IMG/VR virus record: IMGVR_UViG_3300010401_000001
Span: 25,856-89,855 of that record
Strand: one strand, 5' to 3'
DNA length: 64,000 nt
DNA from: a virus
Shown here: positions 30,555 to 40,283 of the stretch, in pieces
Numbering within the stretch: position 1 is the first letter of the stretch
How the letters are laid out: each line of letters starts with the position of its first letter
Position numbers and translations under genes: made by a program
The notes under the pieces: generated by a model
Told to the model about the DNA's origin: nothing
The model's database searches: none
The model's input: the letters and a program-made list of their open reading frames with translations, nothing else

Positions 30555-32239
30555 CCGTACACGTCCATGGTCTGGCGCAACACGCCGCCGAGCTCCTCGT
30601 GGAAGACCTTGCGTACCTGGTCGCCGACCGCCACCGGGTCGGCGTTCGGGCTGTGCACGTTGATGTCGCCGACGTTGATGTTCATGGCGGTCGGTCCGCG
30701 TTGTCCGCCGCCGATGCTGCCTTGCGGAAGCCGCGGAGCATCGAGGTCGTCGGGCAGGTTGTACTTCTTGTTGAACTCCTCGGGAGGTAGCTCAGTCGAG
30801 TCCTGGAGCATCTCGGCGTGCTCGCCGGATGGCAGCACGGCGGCGCCGGTTATTACCTTGCCCGCCACACCAGGTAGGTCGGCGACTGCCTTCACCAGAG
30901 CGATCAGGCCATGAATCACTGGCAGGTTGGCTACGAAATCAAACGCCGCCGAGAACCCGCTTTTGATCGCCTCCCATGCCGTTCGCGCAGCTCCGGCGAT
31001 CGCATCGAAGGCATCGTGAAACGCCTTCTTCACCTTCTCGGGGTGCTGCATCACCCAGCGAATGGCATAGACGAGCGCGGTCAGCGCCAGCACGATGAGC
31101 GTGATCGGATTTGTCGCGAAGGCGATCGCCGACTGGATCGCGAACACGCCGAGCACGATGCCGAGCGCGATGAGCAGCGACTTCACGAGCTCGCCGCCGT
31201 CCACGAACTGGCTCATCCAGTCGAGTAGCTCGCCGCCTTGCTCGACGACGAAGTCGATCGCTATGGCAAGGCCATCGAACGCATCGCCAAGCCATTCACC
31301 GATGGCCTTGCCGACACGCTCGATCGTCTCCTGGTTTTTGTCGAGCCACTCGTTGAAGCGCCCGACGGCCTCGGTGATGCGCTCGAACAGCGGCACGCCG
31401 ACCTTGCCGAGCGCGATCTGCAGCTTGTCCTTGAGCGTCGAGGTGACTCCCGAGAAGCTCTGCCCGAACGCCTGGGCGGCGTCCTTGAACGCCTCGCTGC
31501 CGAGGGCTTTCTTCACGACGGCCAGGCGCCCCTTGGCGTCGAGTTCGCGGAACTGATCCTCGGTCATGTGCACCATGCCGAGGAGCTGCTTCACGAACAT
31601 CATCCGGTTCGAGACGTTGCCCTGCAGCATCTCGGAGATCTCGAGGGCTGCGTAGCCGGCGCCGCGACCGCCCGCGAGCACCTTGGCGGCGATCACGCCT
31701 TGCTCGGTGATCTGCTTCAGGTCCTCGAGCTTGCCGCCGGTGTTGAACGTGGCCGCCGCGAGGCCCTTGCCGAACTCGAGGATCTCCGCGGTAGTGACCG
31801 GCGTCTGCGTCGAGAACTTCTGCCACTCAGCGTAGAGCTCCTTGGCCTGACCTGTCGCATGTTCGAAGCTTCCGCCGAGCTGGCCCTCGATCATCGCCGC
31901 AAGCGAGATCGTCGAGTCTTGGACCTCCTGGTTGAACTTGACGAGGTGCTCGTAGCCGAAGTCGGCAGCGAGGTAGGTCAGGTACCCCTTGATGGCGGCG
32001 CCTGCGGCGTCGAAGGAATGCGCGGCCTGGTCGCCGGCGCGCGCCGCGGCGTTGCCAGCTCCCGCCGCGGCTGGTGCGACCCCGCCGAGCAGCTTGCTCA
32101 GGGTCCCGGCCCCCGCGCTGAGCTGGCCGAGCGCGGCCTGCGCCTGGCCCATCTGTCCCGTGCCCTGCGCCCACTGCGCCGTGTTGACCCGGAGCCCAAG
32201 CGTCGCGAACAGCGCTGCGATTTCTCCGCCGTCAGCCAC
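30551..32239 (-). CDS. tape measure protein
   Basis: Long Ala/Gly-rich helical ORF with TM stretch after the chaperone. Confidence 0.88.
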   Translation of the reverse strand: MADGGEIAALFATLGLRVNTAQWAQGTGQMGQAQAALGQLSAGAGTLSKLLGGVAPAAAGAGNAAARAGDQAAHSFDAAGAAIKGYLTYLAADFGYEHLVKFNQEVQDSTISLAAMIEGQLGGSFEHATGQAKELYAEWQKFSTQTPVTTAEILEFGKGLAAATFNTGGKLEDLKQITEQGVIAAKVLAGGRGAGYAALEISEMLQGNVSNRMMFVKQLLGMVHMTEDQFRELDAKGRLAVVKKALGSEAFKDAAQAFGQSFSGVTSTLKDKLQIALGKVGVPLFERITEAVGRFNEWLDKNQETIERVGKAIGEWLGDAFDGLAIAIDFVVEQGGELLDWMSQFVDGGELVKSLLIALGIVLGVFAIQSAIAFATNPITLIVLALTALVYAIRWVMQHPEKVKKAFHDAFDAIAGAARTAWEAIKSGFSAAFDFVANLPVIHGLIALVKAVADLPGVAGKVITGAAVLPSGEHAEMLQDSTELPPEEFNKKYNLPDDLDAPRLPQGSIGGGQRGPTAMNINVGDINVHSPNADPVAVGDQVRKVFHEELGGVLRQTMDVYG

Positions 32240-32890
32240 CGCTGCGCTCCTTGCGCCGCTTCTCGGCGCGCTCACGGGTCTCGTCGCGCGCGTCGAGCAG
32301 GAGGTTCAAGAGGTCGACCTCGTTGAGCGACATGGCCTTGACGTTGGTCCATGCCTGCGCCGGGTCATCCGACTCCAGCACGAGGCGGTACCCTAGCCAG
32401 TAGCGCTCGTGCTCTGGCTGGAGTCCTCGGAGGGCGAGATCTTCGCCATCAGCGCCTTGGGGTCGAACCCGATCAGGCCGAGTCCGTCCAAAAAACCCGA
32501 GAACGACACCTCCAGCGCGAGCGTGACGGCGGGGAAGATGTACTTCTGCCGACCCGTGAACGCGTTGTTCAGCGCGTCCTTGCCCTTCAGGTCGTACGTC
32601 CCGGCGCCATCGCCACGCGCGATGAGCGTCGTCCTCTTGAGGAGCCGCTCGAGGTACGACGTGAGCTTGCCGCTCATCAGCTCGCGCGCGAACATCGCCA
32701 GCGCGTCGCCGACCATGACGCGGCCGCGCTGAGCCGCCCCGCCCGCCGGTGCGACGATTGCCGTCATGTCGGCGAGCAGGTCGGTTGCGTCGCAGAACAG
32801 CAGCTCGGTGGAGATGATTTCCACGGAGCCGTCGTCGGAGCGCCAGGTTTTCTGGCCGGCGGTCGTTCCCATGTTCTTCGCCGCGCTCAC
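32232..32890 (-). CDS. tail assembly chaperone G (32393-32890) with -1 frameshift extension GT
   Basis: Slippery G GGT TTT (32498-32492); -1 frame open to 32232 (...MSLNEVDLLNLLLDA). Confidence 0.8.
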
Positions 32891-33291
32891 TGGTCACCTC
32901 CGGCCTGCATCACCATCTGGTCGGTGATGAAGGTCCATTCCATACCGATGATCTTGTTGCCGCGCTTGACGGGCGCGTGCTTCTGGATCGCCGTGTTCAC
33001 GCCAATGACGAGCGTGCCGTCGTTGAGATCCTCGAGCTGAAACGGCGCGATGACGCGTGCGTTGTGCGCGATGGATAGCTCGCGGTTTGTCGGCGACTCC
33101 TGCGATAGCGTGATCTTGAACGTCCCGCTCTCGTTGGCGTTGAACACGAACGTCGCGAAGCCCTGACTTCCGACGTGCAGATCCACTGCGTTCTCTTGGC
33201 GCTCGGCGCCCGCGAACTCGCCATCCATCACGCCCTGCATGCGGATCGGCCCCCAGCTCGAGGCCGTCTGCTTTGGATCGAAGGTTGGCAT
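32887..33291 (-). CDS. tail tube protein (DUF3277-like)
   Basis: TFDPK...G..DG...SGTFKITLSQESPTNRELS...EWT. Confidence 0.85.
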   Translation of the reverse strand: MPTFDPKQTASSWGPIRMQGVMDGEFAGAERQENAVDLHVGSQGFATFVFNANESGTFKITLSQESPTNRELSIAHNARVIAPFQLEDLNDGTLVIGVNTAIQKHAPVKRGNKIIGMEWTFITDQMVMQAGGDQ

Positions 33292-33303
33292 CTGCGGGCG
33301 CTC

Positions 33304-34947
33304 CTAGAAGGTGAGGTTGACGTCGACGGGAATGACTGTGTGGATCGCACCCGCAAAGGACCCGCTCACCACGAGGCCGGGCAGGTTTCGGTTGTCGAGG
33401 TCGGCCTGCGGAATGTCGTCGAAGGCCGGCACTGTCACCGTTGCCCCGGCGCGCAGCACGCCCTGCGTGATGGACTGCGCCACGAATCCGCGCGCGGCCT
33501 GCGCTAGCTGCGAGGCCCCCTCCGGCGTCTGGGGCACGATGTCATTGCCGACCAGCACGCCGAGGAGTGCCTTCTGCAGCCCGTCCGACAGGAAGTCGGC
33601 GTTGCGGCGGATGTCGATGAACTTGTAGACCGCCGAGAAGACGAACGACTCCCAGAAGAACGGCCGGTCCGTCGCGACCTGCTCGTAGCTGTTCATGCGC
33701 CGGCCGCCGGGCGTACCAGGGATGCCGCGTAGCCTGACCTTATGCGAATCGGTCAGCGTGACGGGCGTGACGAGCTCGAGCGTCTTGAACTTCGCGGTCG
33801 CCTTGCCAGGGTCGGTCGGTAGCCAGCGCCCCATGATGCCGGCGGCTAGGAAGTTCGCCGGCGATGGGTGGTAGCATCCCATGCTCGCCGCGTACCCGGC
33901 CGACAGGCTCTGCGCGCCGACATCGGTGCCGCCGCTCACATCGGTCGTTACGCATGCCGAATCGCACGTGTCCCACGCGTAGGTGCGCCCGTTCACCTCC
34001 ACCCACGCCTCAGCATCCTGAACATACGCCGAGCTATTGTAGTTCGTGAGCAGCGTGTACCAGCCCTGGTCGGCCTTGAGGATCGCGTCGAGGTCGGCGG
34101 TTAGCAGCACGTTGCTCGGCGATGCGTGGGTCTGCGCGATGCTCATGACGTCTGGGTCGTCGATGGAGAGCGATGCCCACGACGTTCCGGCCGTCGCCAC
34201 CGCGCGGAGCTTGTCGGTCTGCCCGGCCCCAGCGATCTGCGACACCGTGAAGTTCGAGCCCAGCACCGTGGCGAGTCCGGCCACGAGCTGCGCGATGATG
34301 ACGTCGTTGACGCCGCGCTGGAGCGTGTGGGTTCCCGAGCCGGCCGCGGTGATGTCGATCGCGGTGTTCGCGAGCGCGTTGGCCTTCGAGGTCGCTAGCT
34401 TATAGCTGTTGACGTCGACGGCGATGATGAAGACGTTGGTGTCGACGGCGATCCCGGTGCCGGTCGGCAACGTGCCAGTGGTTGACAGCCTGAACGGCCC
34501 ATCCCCCGTGGCCATGCCGTGGCCGGGCTCGGAGATGGTATCGGTCGCCGTGTTGACGTCGCCCACCGCGAACGGCAGATCGGCAAGCGCGAGGTAGCTC
34601 GCAACGCCATCGGCGAAGCCGCGGCCCTTGGCCGTGATCTCGTAGAGCTGACCGACCTGTACGGCCGAGATCCCGATGTCGTACTGCTGCAGCACCGTGC
34701 CCGCGGCGCGCCCAATCGCGATCAGTCGCGGGTGCGGCTGTTGCGCGAAGATCACCGCCGCGGCGCGCGCCTCCGGGCCATCGACCGGGAAGTCGGCGAT
34801 GACCGCGGCGAGGGAGCTGTAGTAGCGGATCCGCTGCACGAACGACGCGGTGTGGCTCAGGATGAGCGGGATGCCGAAGCCCTGCCGCGCGAGCCCGGAG
34901 CTCTGGATCGTCAGGTTGATGACTACGTGGTCGGTCGCGGCGCCCAT
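33304..34947 (-). CDS. tail sheath protein (DUF3383-like)
   Basis: GFGIPLIL...KFKTL...FIDIRR..D...AGAIH. Confidence 0.9.
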   Translation of the reverse strand: MGAATDHVVINLTIQSSGLARQGFGIPLILSHTASFVQRIRYYSSLAAVIADFPVDGPEARAAAVIFAQQPHPRLIAIGRAAGTVLQQYDIGISAVQVGQLYEITAKGRGFADGVASYLALADLPFAVGDVNTATDTISEPGHGMATGDGPFRLSTTGTLPTGTGIAVDTNVFIIAVDVNSYKLATSKANALANTAIDITAAGSGTHTLQRGVNDVIIAQLVAGLATVLGSNFTVSQIAGAGQTDKLRAVATAGTSWASLSIDDPDVMSIAQTHASPSNVLLTADLDAILKADQGWYTLLTNYNSSAYVQDAEAWVEVNGRTYAWDTCDSACVTTDVSGGTDVGAQSLSAGYAASMGCYHPSPANFLAAGIMGRWLPTDPGKATAKFKTLELVTPVTLTDSHKVRLRGIPGTPGGRRMNSYEQVATDRPFFWESFVFSAVYKFIDIRRNADFLSDGLQKALLGVLVGNDIVPQTPEGASQLAQAARGFVAQSITQGVLRAGATVTVPAFDDIPQADLDNRNLPGLVVSGSFAGAIHTVIPVDVNLTF

Positions 34948-34953
34948 GAGGAC

Positions 34954-34982
34954 AGGGTCGCCGTGGGGCGCGGGGCGGTCGA
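34954..34982 (-). promoter_or_regulatory. late-class promoter motif
   Basis: TCGACC-GCCCCGCGCCCCACGGC-GACCCT-N6-ATG; near-identical to 50022-50050. Confidence 0.7.
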
Positions 34983-35024
34983 AAAGCGCTCATCGTGTCG
35001 AGGCGGTGCGGTATGGTGGAGCGA

Positions 35025-35249
35025 ATGGATCCCAAGCTCCGTGCACTTCACTACCGAGCGCTCGCGATCGGCGAACGCGTCGACCACTTCGTCAAGATTC
35101 TGCTCGATGACCGAATGCCGAACCGCGTACCCGGCAAGCCGGTACCACAAGAAATCGTGGTCGCCGTCACCGGCCAGGCGCTGCTCATGGCGCTACTAGA
35201 GCGAGAAGATGATCAGCTTAGGCTTGCCATGGAGGCGCATAACCGATAA
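35025..35249 (+). CDS. hypothetical moron protein
   Basis: TATGGT-N7-ATG. Confidence 0.55.
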   Translation: MDPKLRALHYRALAIGERVDHFVKILLDDRMPNRVPGKPVPQEIVVAVTGQALLMALLEREDDQLRLAMEAHNR

Positions 35250-35320
35250 AAGCCAGCCCGATAAAAAAGCCCGGCACGGCGTCAGCGGTCCGGGGTATCG
35301 TGGCTGGAATGCAACCACGT

Positions 35321-35608
35321 ATGCTCGCAAAGCTCCTGGTGACGTCCGGAAATCCTGCGCCGAAGCCCGGCGATCTCGTAGTAGTCGAAGTCCCGGCCAA
35401 CTGCACTATTCACAGCACGGATGCCGCGCGGCTCACTCGCCTGCGTGTCATGGCTCGCGAGCTTCGCGACGCCATCAAGACCGGGCAGAGCGAGGCGGTC
35501 ATCCTCCGTCTCGCCTATGGCGTGTCCGAGTTCGCCGACGTCACCGACGCCGATGCCGGCAGTATCGTCGACGTGCGCATCAGCTCGACTATGGAGGCGT
35601 CCCGATGA
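35321..35608 (+). CDS. hypothetical moron protein
   Basis: ORF coupled to the next gene. Confidence 0.55.
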   Translation: MLAKLLVTSGNPAPKPGDLVVVEVPANCTIHSTDAARLTRLRVMARELRDAIKTGQSEAVILRLAYGVSEFADVTDADAGSIVDVRISSTMEASR

Positions 35609-36210
35609 CGCGCTGCAACTACATCCCGCCCGATGGCCTGTCCGTCATCGCGATCGCCAAGGAGCGCGGCAGCACGACCGACGGAGACATCCAGGCGCTG
35701 GTCGACAGGTTCGGGTGCAAGGCGGAAGCGGCGTACCAGATGACCGCCGAGGAGGATTCCGACCGCGAGCAGTTCTCGTGCATCGACCACGTCGGTCATC
35801 TATGCGGCGACGAGTACTGGCTCGTGGAGCCGGTGTACAGGCCGCCCGGCGATGTTGCGATCTCGATCGTCAACACGCAGGGCATCGCGCGCGCGGGGTT
35901 CGGATCGCCGATGATCCTCGCGCCGGTCCCGACCACTACGCCCATCGTTGATCTCGGCACCAACCCGACCCGCGAACAGATACACGCCGCCGGGTTCAAC
36001 GACGACAGCGATGAGTACCGCAGGGCTCGCGCCGCGAACACGCACCGGCCGCCAAACAGTACAGGATTCGATCCCAATCTCGTCGCCGACGCAACCTCCG
36101 CTGGTGGCTACATCGCGTCATGCCAGTTCTGCGGCAGCCGACAGGCCATCGACGCCCTGGACATCACCATGTGCTGCCCGAGCTGCCGGGCGAAGCATGG
36201 GTTACCGTAG
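35605..36210 (+). CDS. chimeric protein with sheath N-terminus-like segment and Zn ribbon
   Basis: GIARAGFGSPMIL vs sheath GLARQGFGIPLIL; CQFC..CPSC. Confidence 0.65.
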   Translation: MTRCNYIPPDGLSVIAIAKERGSTTDGDIQALVDRFGCKAEAAYQMTAEEDSDREQFSCIDHVGHLCGDEYWLVEPVYRPPGDVAISIVNTQGIARAGFGSPMILAPVPTTTPIVDLGTNPTREQIHAAGFNDDSDEYRRARAANTHRPPNSTGFDPNLVADATSAGGYIASCQFCGSRQAIDALDITMCCPSCRAKHGLP

Positions 36211-36264
36211 ATCGACGCTCTGCTCGATGCTGTCCGGTACGAGCGTCACCTCCTGGAAGCCATC

Positions 36265-36816
36265 ATGCGCGCGCTGACCAGCGACGACCCAACCCGGGCA
36301 GCACCATACGCCGTCGGTGACGAAGTCCGGTGGCGCACCGGTCCGTGCGACTTCGTGTGGCACCTCGGCCGCGTGACCTCCATTGTCGATGACCGACCCA
36401 ACGATGGCATCGACAAGCCGTTCTGGATCGTGCGCGTTGACACCGCGGGCGAGCGGCGCTTCTCCGGTCCGGTCATCCAGACGTGCCTGCGAAGGGAATA
36501 CCCGGCCGACGACAGCCTACGGTCGTCAGCCGCCGCCACGGCATCCGGGCTCTGCAAAGCCGTGATCGCCGTACCCGGCGTCAACGCCGTCACCGTGGTT
36601 GAGTACGACCGCGGCGAGGTCGAAGTCTTCGCTGACGGCGGAGATCCGGACGCGATCGCGCGCTGCATCTACGACAACACGTGGCCCGGGGTCGTGCTCC
36701 GCGGCCAGGAAACCGGCGACATCGGCAACGGTACGCGAGTCGCGTTCTCGCGCGGAGCAGCGAGCCGACACCCGGGCACCGGCGGCATTGTCCGCATCAC
36801 GTTCGTAGAGCGCTGA
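36265..36816 (+). CDS. chimeric protein: SH3-like + baseplate-J-like C-terminal fragment
   Basis: GGDPDAIARCIYDN..PG...G...AFSR vs J GGADQDIWDALLDNVADG...AFSR. Confidence 0.65.
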   Translation: MRALTSDDPTRAAPYAVGDEVRWRTGPCDFVWHLGRVTSIVDDRPNDGIDKPFWIVRVDTAGERRFSGPVIQTCLRREYPADDSLRSSAAATASGLCKAVIAVPGVNAVTVVEYDRGEVEVFADGGDPDAIARCIYDNTWPGVVLRGQETGDIGNGTRVAFSRGAASRHPGTGGIVRITFVER

Positions 36817-36822
36817 TTCGGC

Positions 36823-39800
36823 CTACGGCTTGACGACCGTCTGCTCGCCGCCACCCGGAGTCGTCGCATCCACGCTCACGAACTCTCCGCCCGGCTCGCT
36901 CACGTCGATCTTGATGTGCAATTGTACCTCGACCATCGCCAGCGGATCGAGCATTCCCGAGCGCGTGCCCGGCATGACGCGCACCTTGCCGAACGTCCCG
37001 ACGCCGACATCGCCCTTGCGCAGCACCTTCCCGACGCTCGGCAGCTCCAACGCTGCCGTGACCCTGGCAAGCACGAGCTCGGCGCGGCGCGCGCCAGTCG
37101 CCTCGCCGGCGAAGCACCGCAGTTCGAGCGTGGGGTGACGGGTCCCGCGGGCGTGGCTCACGACGCCGCCGTTCTCGCGCCGCGAGATCAGCCAGTCGTC
37201 GCTGACCGAATCGACGTCCACGATCCGCATCGAGATGTACAGCCCTGCCGGCGCCGGGCCGGCGACAGAGCCGCCAACATTCGCCCAGATCACCTGGCTG
37301 GGCGCGAGCCCGGATCCGATGACCACCCACTGGTAGATCGCATCCTCCCACGCCGTGGTCGGGTCCACCGGTACAACCGGCAGGTCATCATCCGGCGCCA
37401 ACGCGATGACCGGACACGCCGCGCCAGGGACAGCCGGCGCCCACGGCTGATCATCGTCCACCGGCAGCGGCGGAGGCGGTGGGGCGGCGTTCCAGCTCGG
37501 CAGCGCCTCGTCGTCCGGATCGAGCTCATTGGGCCCGCGCGGCGCCCAGCTGATCGCAAAAGACCAGCTCTGTTCCTCTGCCCCCGGCATCAGCGGAAGC
37601 CCGTCTTCGACTGGGACGGCGTACAGGACCGCGCCGATCGGCGCTCCGCTCGCCACGGCAACCTGCGTACCTTCATCGAGCACGGTCACGGCAGGCGGCG
37701 TGAACTCGTCGGCTGGGGTCGCATAGACTACCGCGCCGACTCGGACCACCCCCATCGCGACAGCCGGCATGTCTTCATCGAGCGCGACCACAGCCGTCGT
37801 CGCCAGTTCATCGACCTGGCCGCCAGCCGCAGGCGCCGCACCAAACAGCGGCATGGCGCCCGCGCCGGTGGCAACGTCATCAACGATGCTTGCCGTAAGC
37901 GGTAGCTCATCTACCGCGCCGGTCACTGCGAGCGCGGCGAGCTGCCCAGCCGCCAGTGACCAGCCGGCCGCCGGATCGTCGGATGTGACCACTACCGGCA
38001 GCTCGTCCGCCTGCGCCGCCGGCGACGGAGCCGATGTCGACCAGGACATCAACGCGCCAACGTTGATCGCGCGTACCACGTCGTCGTCCACGCCGATCGA
38101 CGGCGTCGACAGGTCCTCGAAAGCGATCGTGACGAGCTGAGCGCCTTGATCCGTCGGCGTAGCGTTCCAGACCTCGGCGAACGTGCCCGGGTTGGCGAAG
38201 CGCACCGCGACCATATGCTGGACGTAGCCGTTGACCGTAAGCGAAAGCGGCGCGCTGTCGTTCGCCACGAGCACGAGGCCGCCGGCCGGCGTCGCGGTGT
38301 CGGGGGATCCCGCGGACTGGACGGTCCCGTTGCCGAACCAGTACGACACGATTAGGCAGCGCTTCGTCGTCGTGATCGCTGCCGCCGTGACCGTGCCGCC
38401 GGTCGAGCTCGCCCGCTCGACGTGACTGAACGCATGCGGCGCGCCGACAGGCACGCCCTTGAGCTCGAGCCAGCCGATCGACAGCTCATCGCCGGCACCG
38501 CTGGAGCCGCCGAAGAACGCCGACGCGGTAAAGTTCGTCTTGGCGTTTGCCGCCGTGGTACGCCGCCAGACGCCAGCGAACGAGGATGTGAACGTCAGGT
38601 AGGCGTTGTTCGTGATGACGGTGTAGCTGCCGCCGTCGTTGTCCGTGGGGTCGACGTTGCCGCCGGCCTGCGCCTGGTTGCCGCGCATGACGGTTACGAG
38701 GATCTGCGACCCCGCGGTCGTGTTGGTGCCGGCGACAGGGCCGACCACGTACCAGTGCACGCCCGCATCGACCACGGTCGCGCCGGCCGTGGTGCTGGTC
38801 GGCCCGGCGCCGCTCGACGCCGAGGTCCCGCCCTGTGAGCACTGGTACAGCGTGCCGCCGTTCTGCACGCGGTTGATCCCGCCGGCCGTGGGGTCGACGA
38901 CGTATGCCGTCGACGTCGCCCATGCGGGGATGGGGGCGACAGTGGTCAGCGTGCCGCTCTGCGGCGGAGCCTCGAATGAGCGCTGGACGTCGCTGGATCC
39001 GCCTGTGCCGGATGCGACCGGGGGAGGCACGAAGTCGTCGCCGATAGCGCTCAGGAGCGCGGCCGCGCTCGGGATCTGTGCCGCGGCCGACGCAGCCGCG
39101 GTCGGCTCCTCGATCATCGCGGATGGCGCGCCCGCGGGCACGATCTCATCGCCGGACGTCGTGGTCGCGAGCGCGTTTGCCAGCTGCATCGGAGCCGGCG
39201 TCGCTACGATGTCGTCGTCAACGATCGCCGCGGCGGCGCTTCCCGCGATGTCGTCCTGCATCGCCGCCGGCTGAACTGCCGCGGCCGGCGCTGCTCCCGT
39301 CCATGCCGCGGCAGGTACATCCTCGTCCACAAAGCTCGGGGCGGTTACGACGGGTAGATCGTCGGCCGCAGCATGGCCAGTTGCCAGTGCGGACGTGGCT
39401 GGCTGGCTCGGCGCCTGACCGGCCTGATCTTCGATGCCAACCGTCGCGGTGACCGCGAGCTCATCTCCGGCCGATAGTGGCTGTGACGCCGGCGGTGTAG
39501 CGGCCGGCGTCGTTGTGGTCCCAGGCGCGTCATCCGGACCGAATACCTCTGGCAGGCTCGCCAGAATGCGCCCGATCAGCGCCTGCTTGGTCGCGGTGCC
39601 GAACGTCGTGGTCCCGTTGTGCGGGCCCCCGGCGGTTGCATAGCCACCATCGTTACCGGTGAATGCGCAGTGATTGCCGGCCCCGTTGTGCCACCCGTAG
39701 CTCGGCGGAGAGCTGCCAGACGGCCCAGCCGAACCGGTCATCGTCCAGTTGTTGAACGTGGAGTCGTCCTCTGCCGAGGACGCGAGCCCCAGGAACAGGC

Positions 39801-40257
39801 AGTTTGCGAGCGTCGACGTCAGGCTCGGCGACGTCACCGAGGTGGTGGCGGTCAGCTGCGTTCCGGTGACGATCTGGTGATACGGCGTCCCGCTGGTTCG
39901 ACATCCGCTGTACGAGTTCGGCTCGAGGCACCACGACGTCGCACCATTGAATGCGATCGTCGGAGACGGGTCAGTCGCTACCGTGGAGCCGAGCGCGCGC
40001 TTCCAGAAGATGACCGTTGCGGTCTCGTTGGCGCCCGCGGCTCCGCCGTTCGTGCTAACGCTCGCAGCGTTGCCGTTGACGTCGACGGCGAGCTGGAATC
40101 CCTGCGCGCTGGACAGCGTCGGGATCGTGCCGTCCGTCGTTACGACGATCTCGATGATGTCGTTCGCGGCCCACGTGAAGCTGTTGAAATCGACGACCAA
40201 TGTCGCCGATGTGCCGCCCTGGTCGTTTCCCTCAGATCGTAGTTGTGGGATTCCCAT
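36823..40257 (-). CDS. 1144-aa virion protein with C-terminal tail/neck terminator-like domain
   Basis: C-terminus EDAIYQWVVIGSGL..VIWAN...P.P...YISMRI; position upstream of sheath. Confidence 0.7.
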   Translation of the reverse strand: MGIPQLRSEGNDQGGTSATLVVDFNSFTWAANDIIEIVVTTDGTIPTLSSAQGFQLAVDVNGNAASVSTNGGAAGANETATVIFWKRALGSTVATDPSPTIAFNGATSWCLEPNSYSGCRTSGTPYHQIVTGTQLTATTSVTSPSLTSTLANCLFLGLASSAEDDSTFNNWTMTGSAGPSGSSPPSYGWHNGAGNHCAFTGNDGGYATAGGPHNGTTTFGTATKQALIGRILASLPEVFGPDDAPGTTTTPAATPPASQPLSAGDELAVTATVGIEDQAGQAPSQPATSALATGHAAADDLPVVTAPSFVDEDVPAAAWTGAAPAAAVQPAAMQDDIAGSAAAAIVDDDIVATPAPMQLANALATTTSGDEIVPAGAPSAMIEEPTAAASAAAQIPSAAALLSAIGDDFVPPPVASGTGGSSDVQRSFEAPPQSGTLTTVAPIPAWATSTAYVVDPTAGGINRVQNGGTLYQCSQGGTSASSGAGPTSTTAGATVVDAGVHWYVVGPVAGTNTTAGSQILVTVMRGNQAQAGGNVDPTDNDGGSYTVITNNAYLTFTSSFAGVWRRTTAANAKTNFTASAFFGGSSGAGDELSIGWLELKGVPVGAPHAFSHVERASSTGGTVTAAAITTTKRCLIVSYWFGNGTVQSAGSPDTATPAGGLVLVANDSAPLSLTVNGYVQHMVAVRFANPGTFAEVWNATPTDQGAQLVTIAFEDLSTPSIGVDDDVVRAINVGALMSWSTSAPSPAAQADELPVVVTSDDPAAGWSLAAGQLAALAVTGAVDELPLTASIVDDVATGAGAMPLFGAAPAAGGQVDELATTAVVALDEDMPAVAMGVVRVGAVVYATPADEFTPPAVTVLDEGTQVAVASGAPIGAVLYAVPVEDGLPLMPGAEEQSWSFAISWAPRGPNELDPDDEALPSWNAAPPPPPLPVDDDQPWAPAVPGAACPVIALAPDDDLPVVPVDPTTAWEDAIYQWVVIGSGLAPSQVIWANVGGSVAGPAPAGLYISMRIVDVDSVSDDWLISRRENGGVVSHARGTRHPTLELRCFAGEATGARRAELVLARVTAALELPSVGKVLRKGDVGVGTFGKVRVMPGTRSGMLDPLAMVEVQLHIKIDVSEPGGEFVSVDATTPGGGEQTVVKP

Positions 40258-40283
40258 GGGCGGGCCTCAGCGGTAGCTCGGTG

